Shown here one piece after another: positions 19,055 to 28,650 of a stretch of DNA of 64,000 nt (positions are counted from its first letter, which is position 1; each line of letters begins with the position of its first letter). Source of the stretch: an uncultured bacterium (lineage in GTDB: Bacteria > RBG-13-66-14); the NCBI GenBank assembly GCA_964436465.1, contig CAYTCV010000002.1:34345-98344 (forward strand). Reading direction: 5' to 3'. Below the pieces are notes generated by a model. That model searched no databases and had not been told where the DNA came from. It was given only the letters and a program-made list of their open reading frames with translations. The translations under genes were made by a program, and so were the position numbers.

Positions 19055-21472
19055 CTACATCAGGGACACCGGGTCCACGTCCGCGGTCAGCCGCACCGTG
19101 CCGACGCCCGTCCGCAGGGCCGTCTCCACCCCCAGAGTGAGCGCCGCCCCGCTCGAGGCCTTGACCAGCATCTGGAACCGCCACTTGCCCGCCAGCCGCT
19201 GCAACGGCGCCGGGGCCGGGCCGAGGAGCTGCACCGTCCGCTCGTCGTAGCCTCCCTCCTTGAAGGCGGCGAGAACGGCGTGCTTCGTCTTCTCCGCCGC
19301 CGTCAGCGCGGCGTCCGGCTTCTCCGCCGAAAAAACCAGCGAGGCCAGACGGACGTATGGGGGCCAGTTGCCGATGCGGCGCTGCTTCAGCTCTTCGGTG
19401 AGGAAGAGGTCATAATCGCCCAGGACCGCGGCCCGCACGGCGTAGTGCTCGGGCGCGTGGGCGGCCAGAATCGCCCTCCCCGGCCACACCCCCCGACCGG
19501 AGCGGCCGATGACCTGGGACAGCAGGTCGAAGGTCCGCTCGGCGGCGCGGAAATCGGGGACGGACAGCCCGGCGTCGGCCCGCAGGACGCCCACCAGCGT
19601 CACTTTCGGGAAGTGCAGCCCCTTGGCCACCATCTGCGTGCCCAGCAGGATGTCGGCCTGGCCGGAGGCGAAGCGGGAGAGCACCTTCTCGTGGCCCGCG
19701 GCCCCGGTCGCGGCGTCCGTGTCCAGCCGGACCACCCGGGCGAAGGGCAGCTGCCGCGCCAGCTCCTGCTCCACCCGCTGGGTCCCCGCGCCGAAGGAGC
19801 CCAGGGCGTCCGGGTCGCCGCAGGAGGGGCACGCCTTCGGCCTTTTCTCCCGATACCCGCAGTGGTGGCAGCGCAGCTCACCGCCCGGCTCGTGGAGCAC
19901 CAATGGTATTCCGCAGCCCGGACAGAGCGGAATGTAGCCGCAGGCCTCGCACCGGACCTGGGTGGCGAAGCCCCGGCGGTTGAGCAGGATTATCGCCTGG
20001 CGGCCCTTACCGATTTCGTGGTTGAGCGCCTCCGCGAGCTCGGTCGGCACGAGCACCTCGCGGGACCGGCCGCGCATGTCCACCAGTTGGACCGTGGGGA
20101 AGCTCGCCCCGTCCACCCGCTCCGTCAGCCGGAGCCGCTCGATTCTCCCCTCCTGGGCCAGCCGCGCCGTCCAGACGCTGGGAGTGGCGCTGCCCAGGAC
20201 CAGTGTCGCCCCCTCGAGCCGGCAGCGCTTGGCCGCGACCTCCCGGGCGTGGTACCGGGGCTGCTCCTGCTGCTTGTAGGCGTCCTCGTGCTCCTCGTCC
20301 ATCACCACCAGGCCGAGGTTCCTCACCGGGGCGAAGACGGCGGAGCGCGGCCCCAGGGCCACCCCGGCCTTCCCCTCATAGAGGCGCAGCCATTCCGAGC
20401 GGCGCTGGGCGAACCCCTGCCGCGAGTGCAGCAGCGCGACCGCGTCCCCGAACCACTGACGGAAGAGGCGCATCAGTTGGGCCGTCAGGGCGATTTCGGG
20501 CACCAGGATGATGACGCCCCGGTCTGTGGCAAGGCACGCCTCCGTCGCCCGGAGATAGACTTCCGTCTTCCCGGAGCCGGTTACCCCGTCGAGGAGGAAG
20601 GCGCCGTAACCGCCCAGCGCGGCGGAGATTTTTTTCAGGGCCCGGTCCTGCTCGGCGGTAAGCCGATGGCGCGGCGGCGGGGCGGGGTCCCCCACGTCCA
20701 GCCGGTCAACGGGGAACAGCTCCACCAGTTTTTTCCGCTCCAGGGCGTGGAGGGTGGAGTAGCCCACCTCGGCCGAGCGGCAGACGTCGGCGGCCCAGAC
20801 GGCGTCGCGGCCCGCGGTGTGGCTGACGAGGTACGCCAGGGCGCGGGCCCCGGCGGGCGACTTCTTCGAAAATTCCCCCAGCTCCGGCGGCTCGGCGGTC
20901 AGCCGGACGGCGAGGCCCTCCTTGGCGGTGACCGGCGGCGCCGCCGGCTCCTCCCAGGTGCGCAGGTGGCCCTCGGCGACCAGTCGGTCCAGCGTTGTCC
21001 CCGCGCCTTTCCCCAGGCCGTGGAGCAGCTTCCGCTTGTTGACCGGGCCGCCTTCGAGTTTTTTAAAAATCTCGGCCACGGTCCCGCCCAGGTCCAGTGG
21101 AGGCCCCGCCGGCCCCGGGCCGTACATCCGGCGCGTGCGGGAGACGACGGGGAGCATGGCGTCCAGCGTGACGCCCGGCGGCTCCGCGTAGTACTCGGCC
21201 AGCCAGCGGCCCAGGGTGAGCCGCTTCGAGTCGAAGAGCGGCCGCTCGTCCAGCACGCTTTTAATCGGCTGAATAGAGGCGGGAACCATTCCCGCGGGCG
21301 GCCGGTCGATTACTTCCAGGACGAAGCCCAGGGCGGTCGCGCCGCGGAGCGGAACGTGGACCCGGGCGCCCGGCTCGACATGCGTCCCCGGCGGCAGGGC
21401 GTAGGTGAGGGTCCGCCGCAGGTCCAGGTTCAGCGCGACCTCGACGTAGAGCTGTCCGTTATCGGTGCCCAT
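19055..21472 (-). CDS. priA: Primosomal protein N' (replication restart helicase)
   Basis: DGVTGSGKTEVY, DEEH, zinc motifs CEAC/CPGC/CHHC/CPSC, GTQMVAKGLHFP; ATG 21472 preferred. Confidence 0.95.
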   Translation of the reverse strand: MGTDNGQLYVEVALNLDLRRTLTYALPPGTHVEPGARVHVPLRGATALGFVLEVIDRPPAGMVPASIQPIKSVLDERPLFDSKRLTLGRWLAEYYAEPPGVTLDAMLPVVSRTRRMYGPGPAGPPLDLGGTVAEIFKKLEGGPVNKRKLLHGLGKGAGTTLDRLVAEGHLRTWEEPAAPPVTAKEGLAVRLTAEPPELGEFSKKSPAGARALAYLVSHTAGRDAVWAADVCRSAEVGYSTLHALERKKLVELFPVDRLDVGDPAPPPRHRLTAEQDRALKKISAALGGYGAFLLDGVTGSGKTEVYLRATEACLATDRGVIILVPEIALTAQLMRLFRQWFGDAVALLHSRQGFAQRRSEWLRLYEGKAGVALGPRSAVFAPVRNLGLVVMDEEHEDAYKQQEQPRYHAREVAAKRCRLEGATLVLGSATPSVWTARLAQEGRIERLRLTERVDGASFPTVQLVDMRGRSREVLVPTELAEALNHEIGKGRQAIILLNRRGFATQVRCEACGYIPLCPGCGIPLVLHEPGGELRCHHCGYREKRPKACPSCGDPDALGSFGAGTQRVEQELARQLPFARVVRLDTDAATGAAGHEKVLSRFASGQADILLGTQMVAKGLHFPKVTLVGVLRADAGLSVPDFRAAERTFDLLSQVIGRSGRGVWPGRAILAAHAPEHYAVRAAVLGDYDLFLTEELKQRRIGNWPPYVRLASLVFSAEKPDAALTAAEKTKHAVLAAFKEGGYDERTVQLLGPAPAPLQRLAGKWRFQMLVKASSGAALTLGVETALRTGVGTVRLTADVDPVSLM

Positions 21473-21567
21473 CGGCGTCCATTCCTGGTCCTTTGCGAGT
21501 TGACCCCTCCCCCTTCGGTCTGGTAGATTATGCAACGACATGCTTGACGGGTCAAAGAGCGCGTAAA

Positions 21568-22662
21568 ATGGCCGGAAAACGCACCGTTATAACCGTGATT
21601 CTGGTGGTCGTCACCGTGGGGGCCGCGGTGCTGGCCGTTCTTTTAAACGTCAAAACGGTGGACGTTTACGGGGACGTGACCGCCACCGTCTTCTTCGGGA
21701 ACCTCTCCGACGCCGAGGCGGAGCGCCTGCTGGGCCTGGCCGGGGATGCCTATCAGGAGGGCGACTTCGAGGAGGCTCTGACCCTCGTCACCTTCGCCTA
21801 TACCTACAACGACGGGGAGACGAAGGACGACCTGCTCCTGCTCTGGAGCACCCTTCTGCTGGACCAGGGGAAGCACGAAGACGCCTGCCGGGTGCTCGAC
21901 GAACTGGTCGCCATGTACCCCGGGGGCGACGTCTTCGATGAGGACGGGCTGGGCGAGATGGTGCTGGACCAGCTCGACCGCAACCTGGTTATGGAGGACG
22001 GCTTCCGGTACGCCACGGCGGTGAAGCTGCGAGGGTACTGCGCCGAGGTCGGTTCCGACTCCCTGCCCGCCGTAGACGCCGTTTTCGACCGCGAGCTGGA
22101 CCGCTCCTACGACGTGGAGTGGACCCTCGAGTTCGAGAAAGAGATGGCCTACCAGGACCCGCGTACGGCCGAGCGCGACGTCGGGGCGGCGGAGATGGAG
22201 GCCGAGCGCCGCGCACCGGGTGAGCTGGCCGCGCTCCTGGACGAGCGAATAGAGCTCGGTCCGCCCCCCCTGGAGGACGCCCCCCTGGTGTCGGAGGTCA
22301 AGCTGGGCGAGTACCTCCAGTTCGCCGAGCGCATCGCCTACGATATTCTGGGCACCGAGCTGACGCAGGTGGAGGAGAAACGCGGCCTGGAGGGCGAGTC
22401 CCTGGCCGGAGAGGAGCCGGAGGCGGAGACCCTGGACGACCCCTTCGCGGACCTGTCCGAAAGCGAGCGCGCGCTCATCGAGGAGGCGCTGGCCGCGGCC
22501 CGCACCCAGGAGGGGCCCAAGTGGAAGGCGACCACGAGAATCCGATGCGCCCTGCCCGGATTCACCCTGCGCGAGGTGCTGGACTATCTGGGGCTGGACC
22601 CGTACACGGGCCGGCCGCCCGTCGTGGGACCGGAGCCCGTGGAGGGGACTGACGGCGCCTGA
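21568..22662 (+). CDS. Membrane-anchored hypothetical protein with TPR-like helices
   Basis: N-terminal TM helix, acidic helical body, host-like codon usage. Confidence 0.6.
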   Translation: MAGKRTVITVILVVVTVGAAVLAVLLNVKTVDVYGDVTATVFFGNLSDAEAERLLGLAGDAYQEGDFEEALTLVTFAYTYNDGETKDDLLLLWSTLLLDQGKHEDACRVLDELVAMYPGGDVFDEDGLGEMVLDQLDRNLVMEDGFRYATAVKLRGYCAEVGSDSLPAVDAVFDRELDRSYDVEWTLEFEKEMAYQDPRTAERDVGAAEMEAERRAPGELAALLDERIELGPPPLEDAPLVSEVKLGEYLQFAERIAYDILGTELTQVEEKRGLEGESLAGEEPEAETLDDPFADLSESERALIEEALAAARTQEGPKWKATTRIRCALPGFTLREVLDYLGLDPYTGRPPVVGPEPVEGTDGA

Positions 22663-22752
22663 CGGCTCTGCTCCGAGCGGCGGGTGTGTTGAATGTCGAT
22701 TTGTCCAAGCCGGCGCCTCCGAATTGAGCCGCGAGCGGGTTTGCGAAACAGA

Positions 22753-22778
22753 CAGGGGGTCGAAATCCCCTGTTTTTT
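22753..22778 (+). terminator. Intrinsic terminator
   Basis: CAGGGG..CCCCTG hairpin plus T6. Confidence 0.65.
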
Positions 22779-22798
22779 AATGGTGCATCACGTTACAT

Positions 22799-22826
22799 AA
22801 AAAAGGGAGGGCTCCCGGGCCCTCCC
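22799..22826 (-). terminator. Intrinsic terminator of the NYN gene
   Basis: GGGAGGGC..GCCCTCCC hairpin plus T6 on the minus strand. Confidence 0.65.
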
Positions 22827-22844
22827 TCTCGTTTTTAAAAAATG

Positions 22845-23354
22845 CTATGTGCCAGGCAGCTTCTCGAACTCCTCGCGCAGGTACTGCAGGTCGTAGTAGC
22901 GGTCCGCCGAGTTGATGAGCTCGATGGCCACCATCCCGCGGGTCGAGACGACGATGACCTCCTTGCCCCGGGTGCGCATCAACTCCAGCGCCCGTTCGAA
23001 GTCGGAGTCGCCGGAGAAGATGATGGCGCGCTGGTAGTTCTCCACCGTGTTGAACATGTCCACGACCATCTCGGTGTCCAGGTTGGCCTTGCGAATTTCC
23101 TCCCCGGAGTCCAGGTCGAAGATGACCTTCACCTTCTTGCGCCGCACGGTGTAGCCCATCATGGTCAGGGCGTTGAGGAAGTTTTCCTCCTTGGCCTCGG
23201 TTGGGTTCTGCACCCCGGTGTAGTAAAAAGCGTTGTACAGGTCCTCGGGGTCGGGAACGAAGTAGTGGAGGATGCGCTTGTAGTCCAGGTGCCAGCCCAG
23301 CTTCTTCTGGGCGTAGAACATGTTGACGCCGTCCACGAAGAGAGCGACTTTCAT
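22845..23354 (-). CDS. NYN domain (LabA/DUF88, PIN-like) protein
   Basis: FVDGVNMFY, KANLDTEMVVD, FSGDSDF, SADRYYDL. Confidence 0.88.
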   Translation of the reverse strand: MKVALFVDGVNMFYAQKKLGWHLDYKRILHYFVPDPEDLYNAFYYTGVQNPTEAKEENFLNALTMMGYTVRRKKVKVIFDLDSGEEIRKANLDTEMVVDMFNTVENYQRAIIFSGDSDFERALELMRTRGKEVIVVSTRGMVAIELINSADRYYDLQYLREEFEKLPGT

Positions 23355-23468
23355 ATTTTCACCCCGGATGTTTTTTTAGTATTCGAACTTGGGAGGCGCT
23401 AGCTTACCAAGGCCCGTCCGTCGTGTCAATTCGCCGGTTCCGTCGGTGGGGGAAAACAGCCGCCGTCT

Positions 23469-23492
23469 AAAAGGGGGACCCGCGGGTCCCCC
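23469..23492 (-). terminator. Intrinsic terminator of the clostripain-like gene
   Basis: Perfect 20-bp palindrome GGGGGACCCGCGGGTCCCCC plus T4 on the minus strand. Confidence 0.65.
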
Positions 23493-23513
23493 TCGTTCGC
23501 GTCGGTGGCTCGC

Positions 23514-26036
23514 CTACCGCGATACGACCAGCCTCTGCGTCGCCGTCGCCCCGCCGCCCGTCAGGCGGACGAGGTACACGCCGTTGGCGACGCCGTCGGT
23601 CGTCCAGGAGACCTCGTGGCGGCCCGCCGTGAATTCACCACTGGCGACGGTCCGGACCAGGCGGCCGGCCAGGTCGAAGACCTCGACCCGCACCGCACCG
23701 TCGGCGGCCAGGGTGAAGGGAATCGTGGTGCAGGCCCCGGCCGGGCAGGGGTAGCACGGTTCCAGGCTCGTGACCCGCGCCCCGGCTACCGTGCCGGTCA
23801 CCTCGACGGGACCGAACAGGCTCCGGGAGCCGTCGGCGCCCAGCGCCTCCAGCTTGTACGAGTAGACGGCACCGGGGGAGATGTCGAGGTCCAGGTAGCG
23901 TCCGCCGGTCATGGGAATCTCGTTCAGCCGGACGTAGCCGTCTTTTTCCTCTCGGAGTACGTTCACCCCGGTGATATCCGCCGGGTTGTCCGGTCTCCAC
24001 GAGAGCAGGATTCCCTCGTCCACGGCCTCGCCGGAGAAGGTCACGGAGCCGATGTCCGAGGTCTGCTCGGCCACGCTGATGTCGTCGAAGTAGAAGCCCT
24101 CTAGGGAAAGATTATTGTCGGAGGAGAAACGGAACCGCACCTCGACGTTGTTGCCCGTGTAGGCGGATAAATCGTAATTCTTCAAGGTCCAGTCCAGGTT
24201 CGCCCCGGTGAAGACGTCCTTTTCGACCCAGGCGCCGCTGTTCACCGCAACGTCGAGGTAAACGAAGTCGTAGTCTTCTTCCAGCTCGTATTTGAGCCAG
24301 AAGCTCAACTCGTCATGGTCGGCGTCCACGAAGATGGGGCAGGTCTTTATCCAGGAGTTCTGGTTTCCGCTGTAGGTGCCGGAGCCTGTGTCGCCGCATT
24401 TCCAGGAGTGGGTGGGCGAGTGCGCATCCTCCGTGGAGACGTGCCACTGGTCACCGGTGCCGCCGTGGGTCCAGAGTTCCCCATCCGACTCCACGTCGTC
24501 CTCGAAGCCCACCCCGACGACGATGCCGAAGGTGCCCTCGGTGGAGTAGTCGCCGTCGGCGGTGACGTCCAGGTTGGCGTAGGTGTTGTAGTGGTCGGGG
24601 CAGAAGCTGCTGATGCTGAATCTGAACGTGTCGGTGGCGGTCCCGCCGGCGGGGATGGAGCCGAAGTCGCCGGATGCGTCCGTGACGGTGAAGTATGTGT
24701 CGCCTATGGAGAGGGTGGCGGCGACGCCCGTCGCGGCGTCTATGCCTTCGTTCTTCAGGGTCACGGTCGCGTCAATCGTCTCGCCGGGGTCGAGCTTACC
24801 GTCGCCGTTACCGCCCACGGAATCGTCGTAGACGACGGAATCGAAGGCAATGGCCACCGGCTGCACGGGGTACGGGTCGGCGTACATCTCGAGAAATTCG
24901 TCCCACAGCGTGTCGGAGAAGTTTACCAGCGTGGTGTAGGTGGCCCAGTTTTGGTGGTCCGAGCCGTTCGTGGGGAAGTAGATGGACATCCCGCCGCCGG
25001 AGTCGGTGGCGCTGTGCATCCCGCCGGCCAGGATGTAGCCCTCGAGGTCGCCCGCGAACTGCGTGGCCTTGGTGCGCAGGTCGCCGGGCAGGGAGCCGTC
25101 GACGGCCAGGGCCTCCACGAACTGGTACAGGTCCCGGTCGTCCGGCGTGTTCCAGTAATCGGCGGAGTTCCGGGCGGTGACGATTCGGTCCTGGTAGGTG
25201 TAGCAGTTGTCGAATAGCGACTGGCAGAGGTCCGCCCAATCCTGGTCCATGTCGGCGGGCCAGCTCTTCACGTTCTGGGCGGCCTGGGTCACGCCGGAGC
25301 CGTAGAAGTCCAGGTAATCGTTGACTATTCGGGCGGCAATCTCCTCCGGGGTGACGCTCGAATCCTCCTCGAAGATGTTGAACGCCTGGTAATCCCACCC
25401 GTCTCCGGGCTCCGAATCCTCGCTGCAGATGCAGATGCCGGCGTCGTCGAGATACTGATAGCCGTTCTCGACCTGCCCGCCCAGGCACACGTCGAAGCCG
25501 ATGACGTCTATGAACTCCCCGACGTTCTCCAGGGCCTCCTCGATTTCCCAGATTTTCAGGTCGCTGCACATCCCGCGGTCTATCCAGTCCCGGGTCCCGT
25601 CCTCCAGAAAGATGCCGCTGCCGTGGTCCCAGGCGTCGAGGAGGAAGTTGTCGGCGGGATAGTTGGTGGTGACCCACTCCACGAAGTTTTCGAAAATCTG
25701 CGGGTCGTCCATGTCGGCCTCGTCGCCGGACCAGATGCCGTGACCCGTGATTTCCGGGGAGACGATGTCCTCGTAGTCACCCCCCGAGTAGCCGCCGGGG
25801 TCGGTCTGGATGTGGAAGAGCCGGGTGTGGTCGTCGGGGTCCCAGCCCACCATGACGATGACGTCCGCCCCGTCGGGGTAGGCGCCGTAGTTGCAGTCTT
25901 CCATCTCGTTGACGTCGTCCCAGCCGTAGGTTTTAAGGCTGTTCTGGTTGTTGAGCCAGACCATGACGGTCCAGGAACCGGCCATCGCCGCCGGGGGGAG
26001 CGCCAGGAGGATAAGGACCAACAGCAACTTCTTCAT
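23514..26036 (-). CDS. Secreted clostripain-family (C11) cysteine peptidase with beta-sandwich modules and Por-tail-like C-terminus
   Basis: Signal peptide from ATG 26036; WTVMVW, DAWDHGSG (His), GFDVCLGGQVE (Cys); C-terminal VEVFDLAGRLVR...NGVYLVRL. Confidence 0.8.
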   Translation of the reverse strand: MKKLLLVLILLALPPAAMAGSWTVMVWLNNQNSLKTYGWDDVNEMEDCNYGAYPDGADVIVMVGWDPDDHTRLFHIQTDPGGYSGGDYEDIVSPEITGHGIWSGDEADMDDPQIFENFVEWVTTNYPADNFLLDAWDHGSGIFLEDGTRDWIDRGMCSDLKIWEIEEALENVGEFIDVIGFDVCLGGQVENGYQYLDDAGICICSEDSEPGDGWDYQAFNIFEEDSSVTPEEIAARIVNDYLDFYGSGVTQAAQNVKSWPADMDQDWADLCQSLFDNCYTYQDRIVTARNSADYWNTPDDRDLYQFVEALAVDGSLPGDLRTKATQFAGDLEGYILAGGMHSATDSGGGMSIYFPTNGSDHQNWATYTTLVNFSDTLWDEFLEMYADPYPVQPVAIAFDSVVYDDSVGGNGDGKLDPGETIDATVTLKNEGIDAATGVAATLSIGDTYFTVTDASGDFGSIPAGGTATDTFRFSISSFCPDHYNTYANLDVTADGDYSTEGTFGIVVGVGFEDDVESDGELWTHGGTGDQWHVSTEDAHSPTHSWKCGDTGSGTYSGNQNSWIKTCPIFVDADHDELSFWLKYELEEDYDFVYLDVAVNSGAWVEKDVFTGANLDWTLKNYDLSAYTGNNVEVRFRFSSDNNLSLEGFYFDDISVAEQTSDIGSVTFSGEAVDEGILLSWRPDNPADITGVNVLREEKDGYVRLNEIPMTGGRYLDLDISPGAVYSYKLEALGADGSRSLFGPVEVTGTVAGARVTSLEPCYPCPAGACTTIPFTLAADGAVRVEVFDLAGRLVRTVASGEFTAGRHEVSWTTDGVANGVYLVRLTGGGATATQRLVVSR

Positions 26037-26107
26037 TGACGGGCTCCTTTGTCTGAAATAAAAAACGTCAAAAGTGTTTAAGCCGTAAAATGTACCTATC
26101 CACACAC

Positions 26108-26136
26108 AATCTAGCGGAAAAAATCCCGACTGTCAA
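26108..26136 (-). promoter_or_regulatory. Sigma70-type promoter for the clostripain-like gene
   Basis: TTGACA-N17-TAGATT on the minus strand. Confidence 0.6.
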
Positions 26137-26195
26137 TTTCCCGGAGGTGTCTCCCCTTCTTGTCGGGAACGGCCGGGGTTGGTAGACTTGGGAAC

Positions 26196-28604
26196 GTGGA
26201 GACCGAACCCGAAAGCGTCGCCCGCCGCATAGCCCGCCCGCTCGCGGCCCTCGAGCGAAGCGGTTACGCCCTGGCCGACCGGATGCCGGAGCTGGGAGCG
26301 CGTCTTATGGGCTGGCTGGACGAGCTGGAATCCGATTCCGACGCTCTGAGACGCTGTCGGGAGCTCGTCCGTGGTTTGGACTCCCTACCCCCCGACCGGC
26401 GAGCGGACCGCCTGCGTAAATTCACCCGGGAGTGGCGTAAATATATCCAGCAAAAGGCGTGCCCGAACCGAGCGTACGGCTTGCCGTCGCAAGCTATGCC
26501 CCAGGCAAAACCGCCCGAGACTCCCCTGCCGGAAGATGGGTGGGGTGTGGACGACCTGGTCCGGCGTCCACTCCTCTACGAGAAGGGCGTCGGTCCCGCC
26601 CGAGCCGAACGCCTGAAGCGGCTCGGTCTCGTCTCCGTGGCCGACCTGCTCGCCTGCGAGCCCCGCGGTTACCGGGACCGGTCGCGCCTGGTCCCGCTGG
26701 ACCGGCTGCGGGCGGGGGAGGAGGTGACCGTGGTCGGCGAGCTCGCCGGCGTGGAGCTCATCCGCGGTTTCCGGGGGCGGAAATCGCGCCTGTGCGCGCT
26801 GTTGAACGGGGAAGGGGGGAGTCTCGTCCTCACCTGGTTCAACGCGGCGTACCTGGCGGAGAAGCTCCGGCCCGGCCGCCGCCTGGTGGCCTTCGGCAAG
26901 GTCAATCCCCGCGACGGCGGCGCCCTGGTCAACCCCGATTTCGAGTTCCTGGACGCGGGCGAGGACCCGCTGGCTTTCGGGCGCATCGTGCCCACCTACG
27001 GCCTGACGGAGGGGCTCGGTCAGCGCTACCTCCGCACGCTCGTCCGCCGCGTTTTGGAGCGATACCTGCCGGGTCTCCGGGACCACACCCCCGAAGAGGC
27101 GTGGGCGCCCCTGGGGCTGCCGGGGCTGGCCGAGGCGTTCGAGCACCTCCACTACCCGTCCGACCTCGACGCCTCCGTGCGGGCCCGGCGGCGCCTGGCC
27201 TTCGACGGCCTGTTTCTTTTACAGCTGGCGGTCCTGCGCGAGCGCCTCCGCCTGGAAGAAACCGAGGGTGGCAGGGTCGAGGCCGCCGGGGAGTTGGTCC
27301 GCCGCGCCCTCGACCGGCTGGGCTTCGAGCTAACCGGGTCGCAGAAGCGCGTCCTGGAGCGCATCCGCCACGACATGGCCCGCTCCAGACCCATGAACCG
27401 TCTACTCCAGGGTGACGTGGGTTCGGGGAAGACGGTCGTGGCCCTGTTGGCGATGCTGCTGGCGGTGGAGGCCGGGTGGCAGGCGGCGCTGATGGCGCCC
27501 ACCGAGGTGCTCGCCCGGCAGCACCACCGCACCTTCCGCCGCGTTCTCGAACCACTCGGCGTGCCCTGCCACCTGGTCACGGGCGGGGTGAAGGACCGCG
27601 CCCGGAGACCGGCGCTCGAGGCCCTGGCCGCCGGCGAGCCCGGAGTCGCCGTCGGCACAACCGCACTCATCCAGGAGGGGGTCGTCTTCCCCCGCCTGGG
27701 CCTGGCCGTGGTGGACGAGCAGCACCGCTTCGGCGTGGCACAGCGCGGCAGGCTCTGCCCGCCCTCGACCAACGTCCTGGTGATGACGGCCACTCCCATC
27801 CCCCGCTCCCTGGCGCTCACCGTGTACGGCGACCTGGACTCCTCGGTCATCGACGAACTCCCGCCCGGCCGCCGCCCGGTGGACACCCGGTGGCTTTCGG
27901 GGAGGCGCGCTCGGGAGGCCTTCGATTTCATCCGGGAGGAGGCCGAGCAAGGGCGACAGGCCTTCGTCGTCTGCCCGCTGGTGGAGGAGTCCCCGGAGAA
28001 GGACCTTGCCGCCGCCACCGCGCGCTACGACGAGCTCCGGGACGGCCCCCTGTCCGGGTTGAGGCTCGGGCTGGTCCACGGTCGCCTGGATTCAGCCCGG
28101 AAGGAAAGGATGATGCGCGCCTTCGCCGCGGGCGGGCTGGACGTCCTGGTCGCCACCACGGTGGTGGAGGTGGGAATCGATGTGCCCAACGCCACGGTGA
28201 TGGTGGTGGAGGAGGCCCAGCAGTTCGGCCTGTCGCAGCTGCACCAGCTCCGGGGCCGGGTGGCCCGGAGCCCGCACGCCGCCCGCTGTTACCTCCTCTC
28301 GGGGCGGGGGCTGACCGACGCGGGCAAGATGCGCCTGCGGGCGATGACCGAGACCGACGACGGTTTCCGCCTGGCCGAACTGGACCTCGAGCTGCGCGGA
28401 CCCGGCGAGCTTCTCGGAACGCGGCAGCACGGCCTGCCCGACGCGGCCCTGGCCACGCTGGTCACCGACCGGAGGCTGCTCGAGGAGGCCCGGGAGGCGG
28501 CCCGGCGCCTGCTCGAGGCCGACCCGGAGTTAGAGAAGTGGCCCCTGCTCCGGCGGCGCCTGGAATCGGTTTACGGCCCCGGCGATTTGGGGGTCGTGGC
28601 TTGA
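26196..28604 (+). CDS. recG: ATP-dependent DNA helicase RecG (start uncertain, 26160 or 26196)
   Basis: GVGPARAERL, QGDVGSGKT, DEQHRFG, MTATPIPRSL, QLHQLRGRV, DLELRGPGE. Confidence 0.95.
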   Translation: METEPESVARRIARPLAALERSGYALADRMPELGARLMGWLDELESDSDALRRCRELVRGLDSLPPDRRADRLRKFTREWRKYIQQKACPNRAYGLPSQAMPQAKPPETPLPEDGWGVDDLVRRPLLYEKGVGPARAERLKRLGLVSVADLLACEPRGYRDRSRLVPLDRLRAGEEVTVVGELAGVELIRGFRGRKSRLCALLNGEGGSLVLTWFNAAYLAEKLRPGRRLVAFGKVNPRDGGALVNPDFEFLDAGEDPLAFGRIVPTYGLTEGLGQRYLRTLVRRVLERYLPGLRDHTPEEAWAPLGLPGLAEAFEHLHYPSDLDASVRARRRLAFDGLFLLQLAVLRERLRLEETEGGRVEAAGELVRRALDRLGFELTGSQKRVLERIRHDMARSRPMNRLLQGDVGSGKTVVALLAMLLAVEAGWQAALMAPTEVLARQHHRTFRRVLEPLGVPCHLVTGGVKDRARRPALEALAAGEPGVAVGTTALIQEGVVFPRLGLAVVDEQHRFGVAQRGRLCPPSTNVLVMTATPIPRSLALTVYGDLDSSVIDELPPGRRPVDTRWLSGRRAREAFDFIREEAEQGRQAFVVCPLVEESPEKDLAAATARYDELRDGPLSGLRLGLVHGRLDSARKERMMRAFAAGGLDVLVATTVVEVGIDVPNATVMVVEEAQQFGLSQLHQLRGRVARSPHAARCYLLSGRGLTDAGKMRLRAMTETDDGFRLAELDLELRGPGELLGTRQHGLPDAALATLVTDRRLLEEAREAARRLLEADPELEKWPLLRRRLESVYGPGDLGVVA

Positions 28605-28650
28605 GCGGGTCCCGGTCGATTCTGCTAGAATGGCGGTAAAAGGGGGGCCG

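Noticed and set aside
19040-21526. 828-aa plus-strand ORF
   Set aside because: Codon-aligned antisense shadow of priA, typical of high-GC DNA; no motifs.
22740-22795. tRNA-like fragment (GGGGGTCGAAATCCCC; TGCACCA on the minus strand)
   Set aside because: No cloverleaf can be built; it is explained as a terminator.
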